Below, piece after piece: positions 62,101-64,000 of a stretch of 64,000 nucleotides of DNA. This DNA comes from Leucoraja erinacea (lineage: Eukaryota): the NCBI RefSeq assembly GCF_028641065.1, contig NC_073401.1:31248001-31312000 (forward strand), in the 5' to 3' direction. The position numbers were made by a program, and so were the translations under genes. The notes under the pieces are model-generated. The model was given only the letters and a program-made list of their open reading frames with translations. It did not search any database and was not told the origin of the DNA. The stretch's first letter is position 1. The number at the start of each line of letters is the position of its first letter.

Positions 62101-63881
62101 AGCTGATGTGGCAAGACGGAAGTGGCTGGTTCCGGGTTCTGATTATTCCATCTTCACAGGACGACCTTTAGAGAACAACTACAGTGCTTCCGGCGACGGA
62201 TTTGAAGAAACTCACTTGCAGCCCAGAAGGTCAGCCCACATCTTTACTAGAAACATAAAAACAGAAAATGCAGGAAACAGCAAAAGGCTGAAAGAACTAG
62301 AATAGATTGGCTGTGTGTGTGGGTGTGTGTGGCAGATTTCCTTCCCAAAGGGCATTGATGTTCTTTTAAACAAATTAGTAATGTTGTGATTGCTGTTACT
62401 AGATTTTTTTAAATGTATTTTTTTTAATTCTGCATTTAATTATTTACTACTTGGAATTTAAATTCTCTAGCCTCCACTTTGGGATTCGAACGTATTTTGC
62501 GGGATCGGAACGTGTTGGAATATTGTGGCCTCTAGCTGTGCTGGTGCAAAGTGAGAGGTTTTACAGGATCACAGATGATACTTAGAAATGGTCCTTTCTC
62601 ATTTGTTATTCTCCCCAGGTACCATTCTCCACCAGAGAAAGATCATCCCTGCACTCTGCAAGATTTTGCAAATGACTTGGACTTGTCAACTCCTCCCATT
62701 CTGAGGGCATTGAAACAATTTGATGGGAGAAAGGTTTCTGAAAGCTGGGGAGTACAAACACCATTACACAATGTATCAGGAGGAGGAGATGGTACAAGTA
62801 AGCACAGCTTATTCCCTTCATCCTGCCATGCTTGATTTGTTGTTTGTATTGAATCTAAATTCATTTAAACTACATTTTTATAACAGATGTTAGATATATT
62901 GGTGTCATTATATAATTGCACATTATGACAATGGCACTCCATCTATTGTTTTTGCACGTTCAATATTCCTGTAGTATTTTGTAAATAATGGGGGTGTGAT
63001 GTTAACAATGATGAATACAATCCAATGCCACCAAGGAAGATTATGCCTTAGTGGTTTCAGAGTTTCAGCAACAGACGATAGTGTTGAGCTTTTGGTTGAC
63101 TTAAAATTGATCATGAAATTATATTTGAAAGGCTAGCTGCTAAATCTCTTAGTGTGAGTGGGCAGATAGGTAAATTTGCAGATAAAGCAAATATTGACAA
63201 AGTTGTGAATAGTGAAAGACACAGAGTACTGGAGTAATTCAGTGGGTCAGGCAGCATCTCTGGCGAACATGGACAGGTGACATTTTGGATTGAATGTTGT
63301 CAAGCAGGATCTCGAGCAGTTTGAAAAGTGGGCAGAAAAATGCCTTTTGTAATTTTGCAATTTGACAAGCTGAACAATTTGGAGACACAAGGAACCACAA
63401 AAAACGACACAAAGTGCTGAAATAACTGCTGAGTTACGCCTGCACATTGTGTTGTCTTGAGAGTAACTCTTGAGTGGGACTACCTTGAGATGCAGACATT
63501 TCCTGTAGATATTGTTTCTGGGGATCCAATGGAGTTTAATCTAGAGAAGGAGGTCAGCAACAGAGGCATGACTGGACCAATGTCCATCTCCATCACCCTT
63601 CTGTGGGGTTCAATTTCATAAATCTGTCTGGGAAGAAGTTGTATAATTTGCTTCAGACATGAAACATGTAGAGATGAAAGTGACAATGTCAATTATTTAT
63701 TTGCTGTAAGCAGATGTCATGAAACACACACACACCTTAGTGGACTCAAGCTTTAGTAGAGGCCAATCAATGGACTCGTGTAAGGATCGGACAAGATCAA
63801 AGGGCAACAGTTCTCCCTCAGGCCAAAGATCATCATCTGTGCCCCCTTCAAACAGGAAATCAACACCCACTTCCACACCAA
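41032..63881 (+). CDS. MPHOSPH9: M-phase phosphoprotein 9, 5' part (18 exons, ~1042 codons; continues past the window end)
   Basis: Motifs match recalled MPHOSPH9: RWFQLFKLVEKQ, LTSWAQK, PSLKEIY, VLTLDPKLHMKP, LREKHARHVADIRAYYEAEI, EYESLGKEH, RRKWLVPGSDYSIFTG, QRSSSVPPSNRKST; consistent exon phases. Confidence 0.95.
42362..42527 (+). mobile_element. CR1 3' terminal fragment
   Basis: gagagctagatagg...gatgatcagccatgatc...ggcctactcctgcacctattgcctattgtctattg. Confidence 0.85.
43686..43818 (+). CDS. MPHOSPH9: MPHOSPH9 exon
   Basis: YDFHEHLKKKLPLINPSALQTLDRLMQEIQNTSQADPEILKKCE. Confidence 0.88.
44650..44739 (+). CDS. MPHOSPH9: MPHOSPH9 exon
   Basis: ARWFQLFKLVEKQYQDQILSQQDQYQCQIQ. Confidence 0.93.
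44903..45588 (-). mobile_element. Young CR1 LINE 3' fragment
   Basis: Intact 195-aa ORF2 C-terminus ([13 protein letters not shown]...TRGHSL); (TTTCTATG)n tail. Confidence 0.95.
46700..47331 (+). CDS. MPHOSPH9: MPHOSPH9 large exon (alternative phase-2 donor after 47265)
   Basis: LIQDEIKALIQLQNEN... open frame; 3' boundary uncertain. Confidence 0.8.
48580..48706 (+). CDS. MPHOSPH9: MPHOSPH9 exon
   Basis: LTSWAQKVKEKK...ETAPD|gtaagc. Confidence 0.88.
49412..49533 (-). mobile_element. Short Penelope-derived repeat with an intact minimal hammerhead core
   Basis: Minus strand CTGAAGAAGGGTCACGACCCGAAACGTC at 49533-49506. Confidence 0.75.
49660..49753 (+). CDS. MPHOSPH9: MPHOSPH9 exon
   Basis: VHMTTADSSPNCSFYLSRPSSSPNSLVSSVS. 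Confidence 0.85.
50005..50475 (-). mobile_element. CR1 3' fragment (same subfamily as 57483-58760)
   Basis: [27 protein letters not shown]; near-identical to 57495-57955. Confidence 0.9.
50865..51555 (-). mobile_element. Unclassified interspersed repeat (related copies at ~41270-41430 and ~47650-47900)
   Basis: Shared ccacattcctcactgtgatggaaggc and ggcaaagggatc blocks; tail resembles the Rex/Babar-like 3' end. Confidence 0.55.
51863..51975 (+). CDS. MPHOSPH9: MPHOSPH9 exon
   Basis: GLSYWQMDERELYHSLP...KTLH. Confidence 0.88.
54011..54136 (+). CDS. MPHOSPH9: MPHOSPH9 exon
   Basis: FPADSQCEIPSLKEIYCMRQK...SPPQ. Confidence 0.87.
55564..56063 (+). CDS. MPHOSPH9: MPHOSPH9 exon
   Basis: VLTLDPKLHMKP...SSLEDPITLS. 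Confidence 0.92.
56380..56538 (+). CDS. MPHOSPH9: MPHOSPH9 exon
   Basis: ARLNLREKHARHVADIRAYYEAEIDSLKKKL. Confidence 0.93.
57222..57309 (+). CDS. MPHOSPH9: MPHOSPH9 exon
   Basis: CEQLERTLTEAATVIQDLENKNSLMEMQL. Confidence 0.92.
57483..58762 (-). mobile_element. CR1 LINE with an internal deletion of most of the RT core
   Basis: KVNPKGFYSYINSKR...DKSPGPD joined at ~58350 directly to LQRDL...LVRPILEYGVQFW. Confidence 0.9.
58860..59075 (+). CDS. MPHOSPH9: MPHOSPH9 exon (coiled coil)
   Basis: ADWPGRYDAVS...SRLKDLEEAFEKAY...KILQD. Confidence 0.93.
59259..59306 (+). CDS. MPHOSPH9: MPHOSPH9 exon
   Basis: LLTEYESLGKEHESVK. Confidence 0.93.
59897..59961 (+). CDS. MPHOSPH9: MPHOSPH9 exon
   Basis: ETLHTTEDKLYDANSQISELK. 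Confidence 0.93.
61384..61488 (+). CDS. MPHOSPH9: MPHOSPH9 exon
   Basis: VVSKLEAQIRQVDHEKNYMK. Confidence 0.92.
62062..62229 (+). CDS. MPHOSPH9: MPHOSPH9 exon
   Basis: ADVARRKWLVPGSDYSIFTGRPLE. Confidence 0.92.
62619..62797 (+). CDS. MPHOSPH9: MPHOSPH9 exon
   Basis: YHSPPEKD...TPPILRALKQFDGRKVSESWGVQT. Confidence 0.88.
63711..63881 (+). CDS. MPHOSPH9: MPHOSPH9 exon (tandem acceptor 63711/63714)
   Basis: GQRSSSVPPSNRKSTPTSTP|gtaagt. Confidence 0.88.
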
Positions 63882-64000
63882 GTAAGTATGTTTCTGTAAT
63901 CCTTCAGAAAGGTTTAACTGTTTGTTTATTGACCATCTATTATTTAGTTAAATATTTTCTTTGGTCTCTTTACTTTTTTAGTCTCTTTATATTTATTAGT

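Overview
Vertebrate genomic DNA, most likely from a cartilaginous fish (skate/ray-type CR1/HER1 LINEs and HE1/V-SINE repeats). Four intron-containing genes were read by hand. (1) SBNO1 (+) has a complete CDS in 30 exons at 1068-28197 (~1345 aa), including one U12-type minor intron. (2) A short, unusually divergent CDK2AP1 (+) lies at ~31969-35669. (3) MTRFR/C12orf65 (-) at 37817-38449 is a GGQ-motif mitochondrial rescue factor. (4) MPHOSPH9 (+) starts at 41032, has 18 exons in the window and runs off the end. Gene order and orientation match human 12q24.31. The MTRFR/MPHOSPH9 head-to-head region carries an NRF-1 palindrome and a ~1.2 kb GC-rich minisatellite with higher-order structure. Introns contain CR1, Rex/Babar, Penelope-like and RTE-like relics. 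The most notable signal is an abundant short repeat family carrying minimal hammerhead-ribozyme cores (CTGAAGA-stem-GAAACGTC) that often forms inverted hairpins. Other signals are candidate recursive-splicing exons and an unannotated-looking 39-nt in-frame SBNO1 microexon. All homology calls are from recall of protein sequences, with no database search.
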